Positions 12,101 through 24,190 of a stretch of DNA of 64,000 nucleotides are shown in pieces. This stretch comes from Antedon mediterranea (taxonomy: Eukaryota; Animalia; Echinodermata), in the NCBI RefSeq assembly GCF_964355755.1, contig NC_092675.1, positions 20,742,912-20,806,911 of the forward strand, given 5' to 3'. Numbering within the stretch: the stretch's first letter is position 1; the number at the start of each line of letters is the position of its first letter. Made by a program: the position numbers and the translations under genes. Under the pieces are notes generated by a model. The model made no database searches and was not told where the DNA came from. It saw only the letters and a program-made list of their open reading frames with translations.

Positions 12101-15100
12101 ACATTTTTGTATGTGGTCATGTTTTATTTGTATTTTAATCACAAATTTGAAATGAATAAAAGATAAAAACAATACAAGACAACAACCTACACATTTATTT
12201 GATGTAACTAACGACAAATTTAGCCATTTTCATGTTTTTTAAAATTTTCTAAAGAATTTACAATTTTGAGGAAAAAAATCTGCGAACTTTAGCAATTTTT
12301 TTTTTTTTTTCCGAAAACAAATTTGACGTGAGCGTAGGAAGTAGAGGGCGTTTTATTACATATCCTCCTTTGTCACAAACGCTGCAAAATCCAGTATATA
12401 TTGACTTTCAGTGAGAAGGGGTATCTGGCCATGATGCCTGCATGACCCATTGTGAAAACCATACCAGCATGGTAATAGTATAGTAATAGTGAAAGTGGCT
12501 TCAGTGACATTTATTATAAAGTAAATATTATTTCTTGTTTTAAGGCTTCAAACCAAAATCCTGACCAAGTTGAGCCTCCAGATAAGGACTTCATGATAGT
12601 TGCCTTGGACTTGCTTAGTGGCTTAGCAGAAGGTTTAGAGAGTTATATTGAAGGCTTAGTGGCACGTAGTAACATAATGAGCTTGCTATACCAGTGCATG
12701 CAGGTGAGTCATTTTACCTAGAGTAATTACTATAATAGAGAGAGAACACCTTCACAATACATTATTATATGTTGGCCATAGTGTTAAGCATTGCCTTTCA
12801 TTGCCTTTCATTCATCCCTAATAGAGCTCTCTCCTGAAAAGGAGGAATTCTACTGTATTTGACATATTACATATTTTTTAAATTGACATTTAATCTGCTA
12901 TTGTGAATATGTCAAAACTTATTGTAACCAATAAAAGTTATTAGTTAGGAATTGTTCATTTTATAACCAATGATTTGTGAAAGATAAGCCCTTTTCAAAT
13001 ATTCTATCTATTAAAAGTAAGTCGGGAACATGGGCGCTAGTTGATCAAATCCAAAACATTGTGCAGTAGAAAAAGATTACAATATGTACAATACACTAAG
13101 AAATTTAAAATGTCAACAATATATTATTTTGCAAGACAAAAATTAGAGCTTTTTAATTTATTTTGTAGGATACAATGCCAGAGGTTAGACAGAGTTCATT
13201 TGCATTGCTAGGTGATCTTACCAAAGCCTGTTTCCAACATGTTAAACCATGTATTCGTAAGTTCAATTCAAGTTCACATTTAATTAGCAATTTACATGGA
13301 TTGTGCCAAGAAAATGTATTTTTTTTTTTATAGTTGTTTCCTCAACAGCAGTGTTTGTAATCATTGTAAGTTCATGACTGGGGCACTGGTCACAACACAC
13401 AACAATAGTTCTATTGTTTGAAAACCATGATTAGTTCCACACTTTTAGAGTTTACAAGAATAAAAGATTGTAAAGAAAAGACAGGTTTCGGAAATGAATT
13501 TCAAAACAAACACAATATGTCTTCAACCTTTTATAGACAGTCCATATATTTGTGTTTTCTACAAATTTGCAATGGGTTATTTTACCAAGTGATAACAATT
13601 ACAAAGTATTAGATGCATATATCATTTTTGTTAAAAATATACATAACTGATAATCTAAGTAAAAAATAATACAAAAACAACAAAAATAATTTTTAAATGT
13701 TTAATCCAGTTAGTACAGGCTTTGATAACGTCATCCTGTTTGAGGGATAGAATATCATGATTTCCGGACATTTTTTATTGTCGATCGTTAAAGTTACGAG
13801 GATCAACAGAGTTGTAACGCCAAATGTGATAGCACTTGTAAAAGGATTACCATAATTTCGTAACCATGAAAAGAACATACCTACACGATTCTTCTCAGTT
13901 ATACTGCTAACTATGACATGTTAACATGGTGAGATGAGACGTAGCATCATTTGAAGTGCGTTTCTATCATGGGTTTCTATCAAATCGTCTCTAGATGCAT
14001 AAGAACGGACGGCCATCAACAGCTTTAGACATACACACACAAACAAACATGCATATTCAATTTTAATATTTCATGAATATAATTATTTGTTTATAGCTGA
14101 TTTTCTGCCAATTCTTGGGCAGAACTTAAACCCGGAGTTTATATCTGTGTGCAACAACGCTACTTGGGCAATAGGAGAGATATCTATTCAAATGGGTAAA
14201 TCATTTTTAACTAATTTGTTTAAATAAAAAAAAATTAAAAAAATTAAAACTAAATTGTGTGTTAAACTTAAAAATCTATTTAAATAATTCATAGTTGTGC
14301 CAGTATTTTGATATTTGTCAAAAAGAACATTAAAAGTTTTTTTAAAATTTAATTTGAAATATATTTTAAGACTAATGGCAGAATCAACCAGATATCTAGC
14401 CACGGAGCTCAAATACTTTGTTTTAAATTTTTTTAAAACCTTTTGTAGGTAGTTCAATGGCTGAATATATCCCCTTGGTATTAAATCAGTTGATTGAGAT
14501 TATCAACAGGCCGAACACGCCAAAAACATTACTCGAAAATACAGGTTAGTAAAGTCTACTATAATATGTGCACATGTCGTCAGCGACATGAAGAGAGACT
14601 AACCGTCATAAGAGTCATTTGATATATTAATGCGTTTTGCAAAAAAACACGGTTTAGTAGAGGGCTTTACAAAACACATAATTTTAGCTTTAAGAAATTG
14701 TCATTTATATGTTTTATTTAGACGGCTGTAAAGCTAGACAATTCAGCTATTAAAAGGTGTAATTTTATTGTAATCTTGTTAATTAATTAACTAGTATGTA
14801 ATAAGGCTCAACATTAATGTCAAAATCCATTTTGCGCGCATAGTGTCTATAGCCACATTAGTGTCACATTGGGGCGTCGCCGACGATATGCATGATCACC
14901 CTCTAAAAAAGTCTATATATTCTCACAGAATAATCATGTTTTTTTCTAACAGCTATCACTATTGGTCGTTTGGGATTTGTTTGTCCAGAAGATGTAGCGC
15001 CGATGTTACCACACTTTATACGCCAATGGTGAGTGAGTTTTCTTTTATAATACCTAAGTGTATCCTTGCCATTGTATTGGTTGATTTCATATCACATGCA

Positions 15101-18079
15101 TTATTAATCTTAAATTTTTCTCATTTTCAAGGGTTAAGGTACTATTGTCCATTAAGCTTTTTGTAAAAGAATTTTATTCATTAGACTTTTTAATAATGCG
15201 TGACTAAAATCCAAACTTTATTCTGTTGATAACTGCTCTAATCTATGGACAAAATTGATAAAACAAATAAGTAATTTTGATATTACATAAGGATAATATT
15301 TTCATGAGTTATTTAACTAGATTTTGCCTCATTGAATAGAACAATCAAGCATTTTATTTGGACAAATATTCCTGTAAAATGTTTTTGTTTATGTTCAGGT
15401 GTACGTCATTACGTAATATTCGAGACAATGAGGAGAAAGATTCAGCATTCCGTGGTATCTGTGCTATGATTAGTATTAATCCAAATGGAGTTGTTCAGGT
15501 TAGTTGTGTTCTTACTTTTAATATCTATCAGCTATTGGTAGATTTAACTATAGTAAGCAAAAGTTAATGGGCAATTAGGATTTTCTTATTTAAACTGTAT
15601 TATTAAACATATATTTAGTTAAGAATTTTTCAGAGACAAAAGGATTCAGATAATAAGCATAGTGTCAGAATAATGAACCATGTACAGTAGATTACATTTA
15701 TTTAGTCAAGATAATTTAATAGACAAAAGACATATAATCCATTTAGTATTAATGCCTTAAAATATTAAACTATATGTCTAAAAATAGAAAACTATGTACA
15801 CTGTACGAAAGCACTGTAAATAATGTGGCTTTTGATCACACCATTTTCTGCCCGAAAAGCTTGGCTAATCTCGCTTGGATAAATATGTACCTGTTATGTT
15901 TGAGTGTGCCTTGTTTCTTTGTAAATAGCGACCAGGAAGTTGGGTACAGTTGTGTGCAATTGCTTGGCTTAAGGCCAGCCTTGACCCTTGCTACAAGTGC
16001 GCTAGCACATTCAGGAAATGTGTTTTGTTATATAGGTGTAATATTACCATTAACAATTATAACCTGAGCAATTTTCAAAAAAAAATCAAAAAAATCAAAA
16101 ACTTGTTTGTAAATCATCATCATTTGTGGTAGTTTATTTTTATGTAGTTGATGTTATTTATGTAATACAAGTACTGTAAACATTGCAAGGCGTTATATGA
16201 TTGTTCTGTGCATCCTAGTGAGCTAAGAAAACATGATAAAAACACCCAATATTATACAAATAATGAATGATTATGAGTGTAATAGTACAAATAATGACAT
16301 GAAGTGAATGATGAAAGGTTATATATCAACGAGGCGACAGCAGAGTTTATAAATATAAAACATTCATTATTTGTTTTATATAACATCTAAATCGATTCCT
16401 GTCATTTGAATCAAATAAAAGGTAGGCCTAGCCAAGACCTACATTCGATTTACATTGATTAAAGCAGTAACATTTGGTTTTTAATAATTATAGTAAATAT
16501 TATTTATAATTTATATGGATTTTATAAATGCACCTACTGTTAGTGTTAATTATGTCAACAAACGATCAAACAATCCTAGGCGAACAGATTTTTTTTTTCA
16601 TACACGAAAAAAGTACTATTAAACGATAGTGCGTACTATTGCACGCCATGTGACCCACAATCGTTAAATCAAATCACAGGAATTTATTTAGGTGTTATAT
16701 GAATTAATATACAATATGTAACAAACAGTTAGCAATTTAGCAATGGACAATATCCTACTTTCTATATATTACTATAATAATTAATTAATAAATTTTCAGT
16801 ATATCACCGGGCTGTTTAGAATTAATGTTCTTTGCCTGTTGTGTGTATATAGTTATGGTTATAAAACATTTAAATTTGGCCTTTCGATTTATTTACTGTA
16901 CTAAAAATTTATGGTGGGAAATGTTGTGTGAAGACAATAGTACAGGCTACTTATTGCACTTTGTTATACTACAGTGCATTGTATTGTTGCCACAAATAAA
17001 CACTTCCTTATACAGCAATTTGTACCAGGTACAGTAAAAACAGAATTGGGTTGTTCAAGGTGAAATCAGGTCAACTCGCAATGATAAAATTGCTGGATAA
17101 ATCTTTTTTTGACCTGAATAATTCCTAATATATCTTTTCTAATATTTATATATTAAATAATTAATGGTATTGTATGTTTTTTTATTTTTTAGGATTTCAT
17201 ATTTTTCTGTGACGCAGTTGCCTCATGGGTTAATCCAAAAGAAGATCTAAAAGAAATGTTTTTCAAGGTGAGAAAAAAACATATGTTTGTATAGTGCATA
17301 TGATAGTGTGATTACTACTATCCTTCCTCGGTTGAAGAAATGATTATGCCCTCTATTGACCTGCAGTGCAGTGCAGTGCCTACCATGATGAACACGTCCG
17401 GAGATGATGCCTTCTCTTTTAAATAGTGTACTTTATCGAATTGTGCACATGTAAATTGTGTGTACACGCTTTACGTCCCATCCGAAAGATGATACAATGG
17501 AGTAAAGCATTTTGCCTAAGGATATAAGCTATGTCATACAGACTGGTCTTGAACCCATGCCTCTTATCCTTTACGCCTTTATGTCGCTCTTGGTATATGG
17601 TTTGTAAATTTCACTTGTTAAAAAAGAAAGCTTTCAATTGTGTGGTTCATACCAATGGCATCAACTGATGTCTTTACACACTTAACTCGCTTTTTTTATA
17701 TAAGTAGTACAAATTATTATTCAACATCAAAGTAGTTTCTTTTCTCATGCAAATCTTCATTCAGCATCACAATGTGTAATCTACTACTAGTATTGTATTA
17801 CAGGTAGAAATATGTACATCAAAAGTGGTAAAATTATGCTAATTTTCAGAAAGCACATCACCAATTATTGTAATAGTGTTTCTATATAATACATATATAT
17901 ACAGATATTTTGTAGCCTATGTACCAGATAAATGCATTCTTGCTAATTTAAATTTGTTTGGTGTGTAATAGATCTTGCAGGGTTTCAAAAACGAAGTAGG
18001 TGAGGAAAATTGGAGACGCTTTTCGGACCAGTTCCCTGCGCCACTTCGGGAACGTCTAAAATCACAATATAGTGTTTAG
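172..18079 (+). CDS. TNPO1: Transportin-1 (importin beta-2 / karyopherin beta-2), 5'-partial, 20 coding exons
   Basis: GT-AG exons: 172-247, 723-979, 1489-1622, 2029-2110, 2889-3011, 3572-3690, 7741-7909, 8424-8484, 8972-9124, 9761-9933, 10827-11051, 11457-11651, 12545-12703, 13169-13256, 14097-14195, 14449-14544, 14953-15028, 15399-15498, 17193-17267, 17972-18079. They sum to 2568 nt in frame (855 aa plus TAG). Peptides match transportin: [48 protein letters not shown], the acidic H8 loop ([23 protein letters not shown]...[22 protein letters not shown]), [19 protein letters not shown] and [21 protein letters not shown]. The first ~35 aa lie upstream of the window. Probably a single invertebrate TNPO1/2 orthologue. 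Confidence 0.96.
318..560. mobile_element. Degenerate hAT-like MITE remnant
   Basis: Right end GATGTTGGCATGTATG resembles the CATACCTGCCAAC/GTTGGCAGGTATG TIR type. Left end CATACA is decayed. Internal CTCCCG/TCCCG words. Confidence 0.35.
1004..1140. mobile_element. PIF/Harbinger-type MITE, family B, copy 1
   Basis: TIR AGCTCTGTCTACAC...GTGTAGACAGAGCT, TAA on both sides (1001-1003, 1141-1143); four more copies in the window. Confidence 0.85.
2520..2815 (-). mobile_element. tRNA-derived SINE with Deu/Nin-like central domain
   Basis: The minus strand reads GTGGCTGAGCGGTTAAGAC (A-box-like head), then GTCTTCTCGG..TAAACC..GGCACTTTAAAGAACC..CGAGAAGAATAGGGGG, which resembles the DeuSINE core, then an A-rich tail. 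Confidence 0.65.
3275..3530. repeat. 17-bp minisatellite, ~15 copies (GTGTCCCCTGATTAGTG)
   Basis: Direct tandem units with variants TTAGTG, TTAGAA and AATAG. Confidence 0.95.
3745..7676. repeat. 28-bp tandem array, ~140 copies (AAGATAGATGTTGCATAYTGCTCTAGCC)
   Basis: Near-perfect tandem copies fill almost the whole TNPO1 intron 3691-7740. Confidence 0.98.
8768..8953. repeat. Diverged ~95-bp tandem duplication
   Basis: TTGCCTGGGAATTA..ACCTAAAGTCTGAC..TTTACCTTTC.AATACC.CAACTAAAGCC.GACTTAAA occurs at about 8768 and 8863. Confidence 0.85.
9343..9521 (+). mobile_element. PIF/Harbinger-type MITE, family A, copy 1
   Basis: TIR AGCGTGGTTCCCACTAG...CTAGTGGGAACCAAGCT, imperfect palindrome along its length, TAA TSD (9340-9342, 9522-9524); near-identical copies at 22834 and 27322. 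Confidence 0.9.
10143..10679. repeat. 42-bp minisatellite, ~13 copies (TAGAGGTATGTTACCTGCTTACTATGTATTGGGTCAATAGGG)
   Basis: Tandem copies inside a TNPO1 intron; they explain the 14-aa-repeat ORFs on both strands. Confidence 0.97.
11113..11180 (+). mobile_element. tRNA-derived SINE head fragment
   Basis: A-box-like TAGTTTGATGGTTAAG and B-box GGGTTCAAATCC; no complete cloverleaf. Confidence 0.45.
11696..12337. mobile_element. Non-autonomous TIR DNA transposon (~640 bp) with 5-bp TSD, family unassigned
   Basis: Left end CTATGCTCACGCTAA..; reverse complement of right end CTACGCTCACGTCAA... GAAGT is duplicated at 11691-11695 and 12338-12342. Confidence 0.7.
14575..14892. mobile_element. Degenerate TIR element
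   Basis: TGCACATGTCGTCAGCGAC at left versus GTCGCCGACGATATGCA at right (imperfect inverted repeat); CpG-rich compared with its flanks. Confidence 0.4.
16255..16700. mobile_element. Non-autonomous double-inverted-repeat element (Crypton-like, tentative)
   Basis: IR1 CAAATAATGAATG/CATTCATTATTTG; IR2 ATATAACATCTAAAT..TTCCTGTCATTTGA versus TCAAATCACAGGAA..ATTTAGGTGTTATAT. A possible related fragment lies at about 40380-40490. Confidence 0.45.
17340..17565 (-). mobile_element. Degenerate SINE (Deu-like)
   Basis: Minus strand has B-box GGGTTCAAGACC, CCTTAGGCAAAATGCTTTAC, and TCTTTCGGATGGGACGTAAAGC resembling the Deu core. Confidence 0.5.
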
Positions 18080-18140
18080 CAGTAAAGAAAGTATGATTTG
18101 AGTAAGTAAAATGTTGATTTGGATGGAAATCTAGGTCTAA

Positions 18141-18275
18141 AGCTCCCTATACACTATCAAACTAGTTTGATGTGCCCAAATATGGTAGTGATATACTTAA
18201 ATATAGTAGCGATGTGTCATCATGTTCTTATATGGGCACATCACATTTTATGTCACAAAGTTTGATAGTGTAGAT
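18141..18275. mobile_element. MITE family B, copy 2 (in the putative 3'UTR intron)
   Basis: TAA|AGCTCCCTATACACTATCAAACT...AGTTTGATAGTGTAGA, same internal sequence as 1004-1140; right tip decayed. Confidence 0.8.
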
Positions 18276-19595
18276 ATTTAGGCTTGTTTTCCACTAAGCG
18301 AATATGTGGTTTGTTTGATTTTCGGTGACAGATCACTGTGTGGGTGATGTGTATTGCTGGTTTGATTAGATACAATTGAGAGTTTTATGTCAATAAATGC
18401 CATAAATAAAAAACAAATGTTTTTTCAGAGAGAATACTGACGAAAGAAGAAGATGCCCCACCAGGGCTGAGCAGGGATAAGGAAGTTCATATTTACCATC
18501 ATATTGCTTCCAAGGATAAACTTATACCAATACCTGCACCCCTGCCTAGTTAAGTGCATGAATAGCTGGTAAGTTTTAAGATACTTAAGGGGCATTACAT
18601 CATTTAAGTGAAACTAGGATAAGCCCATCTGGGGCTTGGGGTGGGACGGTGGTGTTAGAACCATCAGCAAAGTAGGGGCGGTTGGATGTCATCAAAGACT
18701 TGTTATACAATGATAGTCTGATAAACATCTTTAGGTTAGGTATCTAAGCTGCAAGAGGGAGGTTACCTAGAAGTTGATAGGATATAAAAACTAGGGTTAA
18801 TGTTTAAGGCAATGGACGTTGTTGTTATAGCAACTTAAGGGTCACAAAATGTAAACGAATTTAAGACGACTACAAAAATGTAAGAGGTTTAAGTGTATTT
18901 TAGGTACACCATATAACTTGTATGGTGCATATGTCTGCTTTTGCAGCAAACGAAAAACATTGATATTGTATCTTAAGCTATAACATCATTTTTATTAACT
19001 TGAACATTTCTAAAAAAATATTTGCCTATATAGTAAGTTAAATAAATTGTAATTTCAAGAAACTAAGTAGGAAAAGCATTAACGTTGAAATAGATTTTGA
19101 TAGAACAAGAATATGTCTTAGTAATTGTCAAGTCAGTGTATGCAAATGTGTGTCACCTTTATTTTATGATGTCTTTTCTTTTTACTGCGTGGCACCAAAG
19201 ATTAAAAGCATTAGTGCATGTTAAACATCTCATGACAGGCTTTATGATTGAGGTTGTCACGATGAGCTGATGACTGTTACAATCTATTGGGCTGTGCCGT
19301 ATCTTAGGTGCTGTGTAGCTTTATTATAAGGTCTCTATTGATAACCTACATCAATCAATTACTCAATCTACAATCATTACACTATGTTATATAATAATTC
19401 ATTACACAAAGAAAATGTTTTCATACAGCATTTTAACTATCCACACTTAAATACTGTACTGTATATGTAGTCATACAATTTATTTCATTGAAATTAAGTT
19501 GCTGTCATAAGGAGTTTGTTTTGTCATCAAAATTTTCTATTATTTAGCATAAATTGTAATTGTAAAACAAAAAACTTACATTTTGATTGTCATTA

Positions 19596-19802
19596 GGACT
19601 TTTTACTTGCACAACGCAACTACGCTAATACCCCTTTTCGCATTGCCTGGAGTTTAAACACCCTGGGGCAAACACTATCTGTCCTGGTATCTGTTGAGTT
19701 TTGCTAGGTTATATGAAAGGGGCATATGTCTACAAAGCAATCGCAATGGCAAAGGTTTACCCTTTTGTGGCTGCGTTTGTTACAAAAGCAATGAGGAGCC
19801 CT
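19596..19802. mobile_element. Nested pair of degenerate MITEs
   Basis: Inner IR ATACCCCTTTTCGCAT/ATATGAAAGGGGCAT (about 19628-19725) sits inside outer IR AGGACTTTTTACTTGC/GCAATGAGGAGCCCT. Confidence 0.4.
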
Positions 19803-20519
19803 CGCAATGCTGATTGTTTTGTAAATTTACGTCTTTTTATTTTTGTGTGTTGTGTCGTGTAATTGGTTAGTCCATATTAAATGAAATTCAATGACAGAAA
19901 TATTTAAAACAAACTTTTCAGATTGACTGATAATTTGATCCTTGAATTTAAAGCACAGAATTCTGTACATTTATAAAACACAGGAAATTTAGTCATGAAT
20001 GTACGTTAGGAATATCCCTAGCAGATGACTTAAAATCAACTTCATGGTTAACTTACAATTTAAGTGCTAAGGATTAACAAAATAAAATAACGCAAATGTG
20101 ATTTTATATATTTTACTAAATTATTTATCATAATTCATATCAATTTCACACTTTGTCAATTGGCTCTTTAATGTGAAGACTACCTGTTAAATTATACATT
20201 CAATGAGTGTAGAGATAATTAAGATTTAATCTAAATTGTTATGCCTTATAAAAGTTTTTCTATACTGTAGTCACAGATCCTTAATGATTGTAACTTATTT
20301 TACATATACTGTATGATTACATTTTGTTGGTGTTTATATTATCTGTAATTATCACCTAACCTACACAATGCATAACATTATACACAGTACTTGCTGTCAT
20401 TAAATTAACAGGCAAATAAAACCGGAATTCACTCTAATCTTAACTTTCTTAAAATGTATGAACTGAAAACATTACTGTATCCAGTTTTGTGTTTACTTAT
20501 GATGTATATAAAAAGTAAT

Positions 20520-21160
20520 ATTCTGATCATTAATTAACATTTTGATGCTTATAAATGACATTCTGTTATACATCACATGTGACATTCTGATACTTAATGT
20601 AACATTCCGATGTTTATAAGTGACATTTTGTTACATATGTCACATTCTGCTTAATACAACATTCTGATGTTTATTAAGTGACATTCTGTTACTTAATGTA
20701 ACATTCTGATGTTTATTAAGTGACATTCTGTTACTAATGTAACATTCTGATGTTTATAAGTTACATTCTGTTACTTTATGTACCATTCTGATGTTTATTA
20801 AGTGACATTCTGTTACTTAATGTAACATTCTGATGTTTATTAAGTGACACTCTGTTACTAATGTAACATTTTGATGTTTATTAAGTGACATTCTGTTACT
20901 AATGTAACATTCTGATGTTTATAAGTTACATTCTGTTACTAATGTAACATTCTGATGTTTATAAGTGACATTCTGTTACTTTATGTAACATTCTGATGTT
21001 TATTAAGTGACATTCTGTTACTAATGTAACATTCTGATGTTTATAAGTGACATTCTGTTACTTTATGTAACATTCTGATGTTTGTTAAGTGACATTCTGT
21101 TAGTTAATGTAACATTTTGATGAGTGTCATTCTGTTAATACAGTAGTACATGTGACATTC
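20520..21160. repeat. ~41-42-bp minisatellite made of two alternating ~20-21-bp subunits sharing ACATTCTG
   Basis: Repeats of ACATTCTGATGTTTATTAAGTG + ACATTCTGTTACTTAATGTA, more diverged at both edges. Confidence 0.92.
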
Positions 21161-22833
21161 TTGGGTGACAATATGCATTTTATAAAGTTATAGATTGATG
21201 TACAGTATTACAGTCTAGGTACCTACTCAAATAATCAAATTAAAAGTAATACATAGTATAATAGTTGCAATAATTGCAATAATACCACTTTTTATAGGTT
21301 ATCAATGTTACTATAGTGCGTAACATTAACTTATTCACAGATGGCAAACTGCAATGCATGTTTCAAAACTGTATGTTCTTGCATAAAAAAAAGTGCTGAC
21401 TGAATAATGCAATGATAATTGTAATGCATCGTATTTAGAAACTTAAGTTTAATTAATTTTGCTGGATCAAAAGATTTATTTAAGCAATAAGATGTATTTA
21501 TTATGACTATAAAATCATAATTAAGTTACAGTAGAAGGTATTACAAACTCTTGCACACTTTCATTAAGAGGACTTTTAGATAAGGTATATTAAGAATTAA
21601 TTTTTGGAGCCAGGAAGCTAGATTTCTAAGTTTTTAAGTGAGTTTATTGTATTTCAATTTCTATAATACCATGAATATCTCGCTTTTAAGATGTTTACTC
21701 TTAACACGCCCATCATATTGTGTTAAGTATCGATAAGTTCTATTGATTTTTATCCCTGTTCCGCAACATATGATTTATGAATGTTAGGGTGAATATTATG
21801 GTTTTAAATCATGGAGAGATATTACTTTGTTCATGATCTAGTCACCCAATATGCTGTAGAAAACTATAGATAATTGATTGCTTTATCAGACACAAGGGTA
21901 TCATTTATCACAGTTTTCTGTATTTAATGAAACTTTGATAAATGTTGAATCTGTGTCGCGGCTTAATTATGTTGCGGAACAGGGATTTATTGAGTATGGT
22001 AGTTGCTCTTTTAGTCCACATAGAAATGTTGTAACACCTGTAAACAGTTTTCAAAATAGTTGTTTTAAATATTCTGTTATGTAAATTGACTTATTTGAAT
22101 GTTACGTAATTATGCAAACAGTAAGAATGTGTTAAAAATAATCTTTCACTTTTCAAATATTAGGTGCCTAAAACTTTTTGAGAGATTGTTTAAAGTTAAG
22201 AATTTAGAATGCATTCATTGCTTTATAGGAAATGATAAAATACAATTTGGATAATCAGGATTTTAACCTTGTATGCAAATGTCTAATCTATATTATACTA
22301 TTTAATAATTCGGAATTGAAATCAAATTTCTTCTTAATAAAGATTTTGTGGTAGGTGCAGAAACTATCACAGCACTGATTGGTACATAAGCATGCAGAGA
22401 TGATAGCTTTTGTGTTATGTGATCAAGAAGTCAAATCAAAATCTTTAAATTTGTATCGCGTTCCTAAAGGATCTAACTTATTGTGCTAATAACAACTAAA
22501 GCTGCTTTCATATCGAACGCTGGCTAGTTTAGTTTGCAATAACTAATTTGTTGAGATTGTGGTGCAGATGCAATTTATTATGTGAAACTCTTATTAAAGT
22601 AGTTCATTCCAAAGTATATATCAAAAACGATAACCAAAACGACTTGATTAATGCATAGGAGTAGGTATATAACTTGATAAATGATTAAAAGCTAGATAAG
22701 ATATTGACAAAGTGTAGATGAACAAATTTGTAGTCATTTAGAATTGGCCTTGTGCATAATTCCATCATTTCTTCAGAACAATACATTGTGATGTGAACGC
22801 AATAATATTCGCCAAAACAGAAAGGTTTCCTTA

Positions 22834-23012
22834 AGCGTGGTTCCCACTAGCGACGCAACACAAGGACGTAACGCAACGCAAGTGAATTGACCAATCACAA
22901 GCGATGGCTTATTCGCTTGTGATTGCTAACTGTCTATAACTTCGCTTGTCATTGGTTAAAACGCTTGCGTCGCGTTTACGTCCTTGCGTTACGTTCTAGT
23001 GGGAACCAAGCA
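22834..23012 (+). mobile_element. MITE family A, copy 2
   Basis: Almost identical to 9343-9521, flanked by TTA/TAA. Confidence 0.9.
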
Positions 23013-23646
23013 TAAGTAACTAATAAGTGACTAACCCATAACATTGCTGTAACACAGTACTGTATAGCAATGTTCATATTCAATTCATGTGATTTAAACT
23101 GGCTGATCAAACTCATAGTTTTGAGAAGACTGTTGAATAAATTCAATAAATTCAGACATCAATGTATGTTGTAAACATGCTTTCAGTCCACAATGCATCC
23201 TTCAAAATGGTGGAATTATGCCAAATGCTATTTGATATTTCAGAATATCTGATTTGTAAACATTGAACAATAGAAATAAGCAAAATAAAATATCTATTAA
23301 GTGTACTTTAAATTTGAAAATCTGAAATTTTTATTTTTGTTAAATCAATTTTTTACTTAAGATATTTTATTTAGGTTTTATTGTGAATTAAGTTAAATAC
23401 GAACTGTATGTGTGTAAGAGAAGGTATATTGGTAATGTCAGATAATTTCAAAGCGTCTATGCTGCTGATGTTAACAAACAAACTAGGGAAAATAATTATT
23501 AATTAAAGTAATACCTGTAGACATTACCTTAAGGAGCTGACAATAAAGTAAGTTATATATGTCGTCAAGGGAATATTTGTCTTGCTACCCATTTTTTTTC
23601 AATTATCACTTTATATAGTCCAGGTTCTAGATGGCGAAAGATAATT

Positions 23647-24190
23647 ATTTTGTCACACATGGCGTTCCATACTCATAATATTTGAGCTCGTTTACAGACA
23701 AAGGTTAAAATTTTGACTGATGGACTAACAACATTAAAAAGACCAGTACAATTGGTCAGTTTCCAACCAGGCCACTTTTTGACAGACATAGTCATTGAGT
23801 GATTACTTAATTAATCTTAACAATTTAGTATTTTTAATATTCAACAAGGATATCATTAAAAACCAATTTGAATAATTTATTTTCGGCAGAAATTTGTTTT
23901 GTCACACATGGCGTTTCACAATCATAATACTTGAGCTGGTTTTTTACAGACAAAAGTTGAAATTTTGATAATACATAATAAAAAGACAATAACTAATACA
24001 TGGGGCAAGTCTAAACAGAGTTGAAGCCACCAGTATGCCTACAATTGGTCAGTTTCCAATCAGACCACTTTTTGACAGACAGACAGACATACTCATTAAT
24101 GTACTGCAATTGTTTTTCATATTCCCCAACAAGAATATCATTAAAAGCCAATTTGAATAATTTAGCAACGTATTTTCAGCAGAAATTTGT
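23647..24190. repeat. Diverged ~250-290-bp tandem duplication
   Basis: TTTTGTCACACATGGCGTT..TACAATTGGTCAGTTTCCAA..CCACTTTTTGACAGACA..CAATTTGAATAATTTA..GCAGAAATTTGT occurs twice, starting at about 23647 and 23897. Confidence 0.85.

Noticed and set aside
16951-16980. TATTGCACTT resembling the 5' end of miR-92
   Set aside because: The rest of the mature sequence (GTCCCGGCC) is absent, and the local stem is too short for a pre-miRNA.
16853-17028. Possible poison or alternative terminal exon in TNPO1 (AG at 16851-16852, CAG|GTACAG at 17028)
   Set aside because: Splice signals are mediocre and common by chance in AT-rich introns; there is no independent support.
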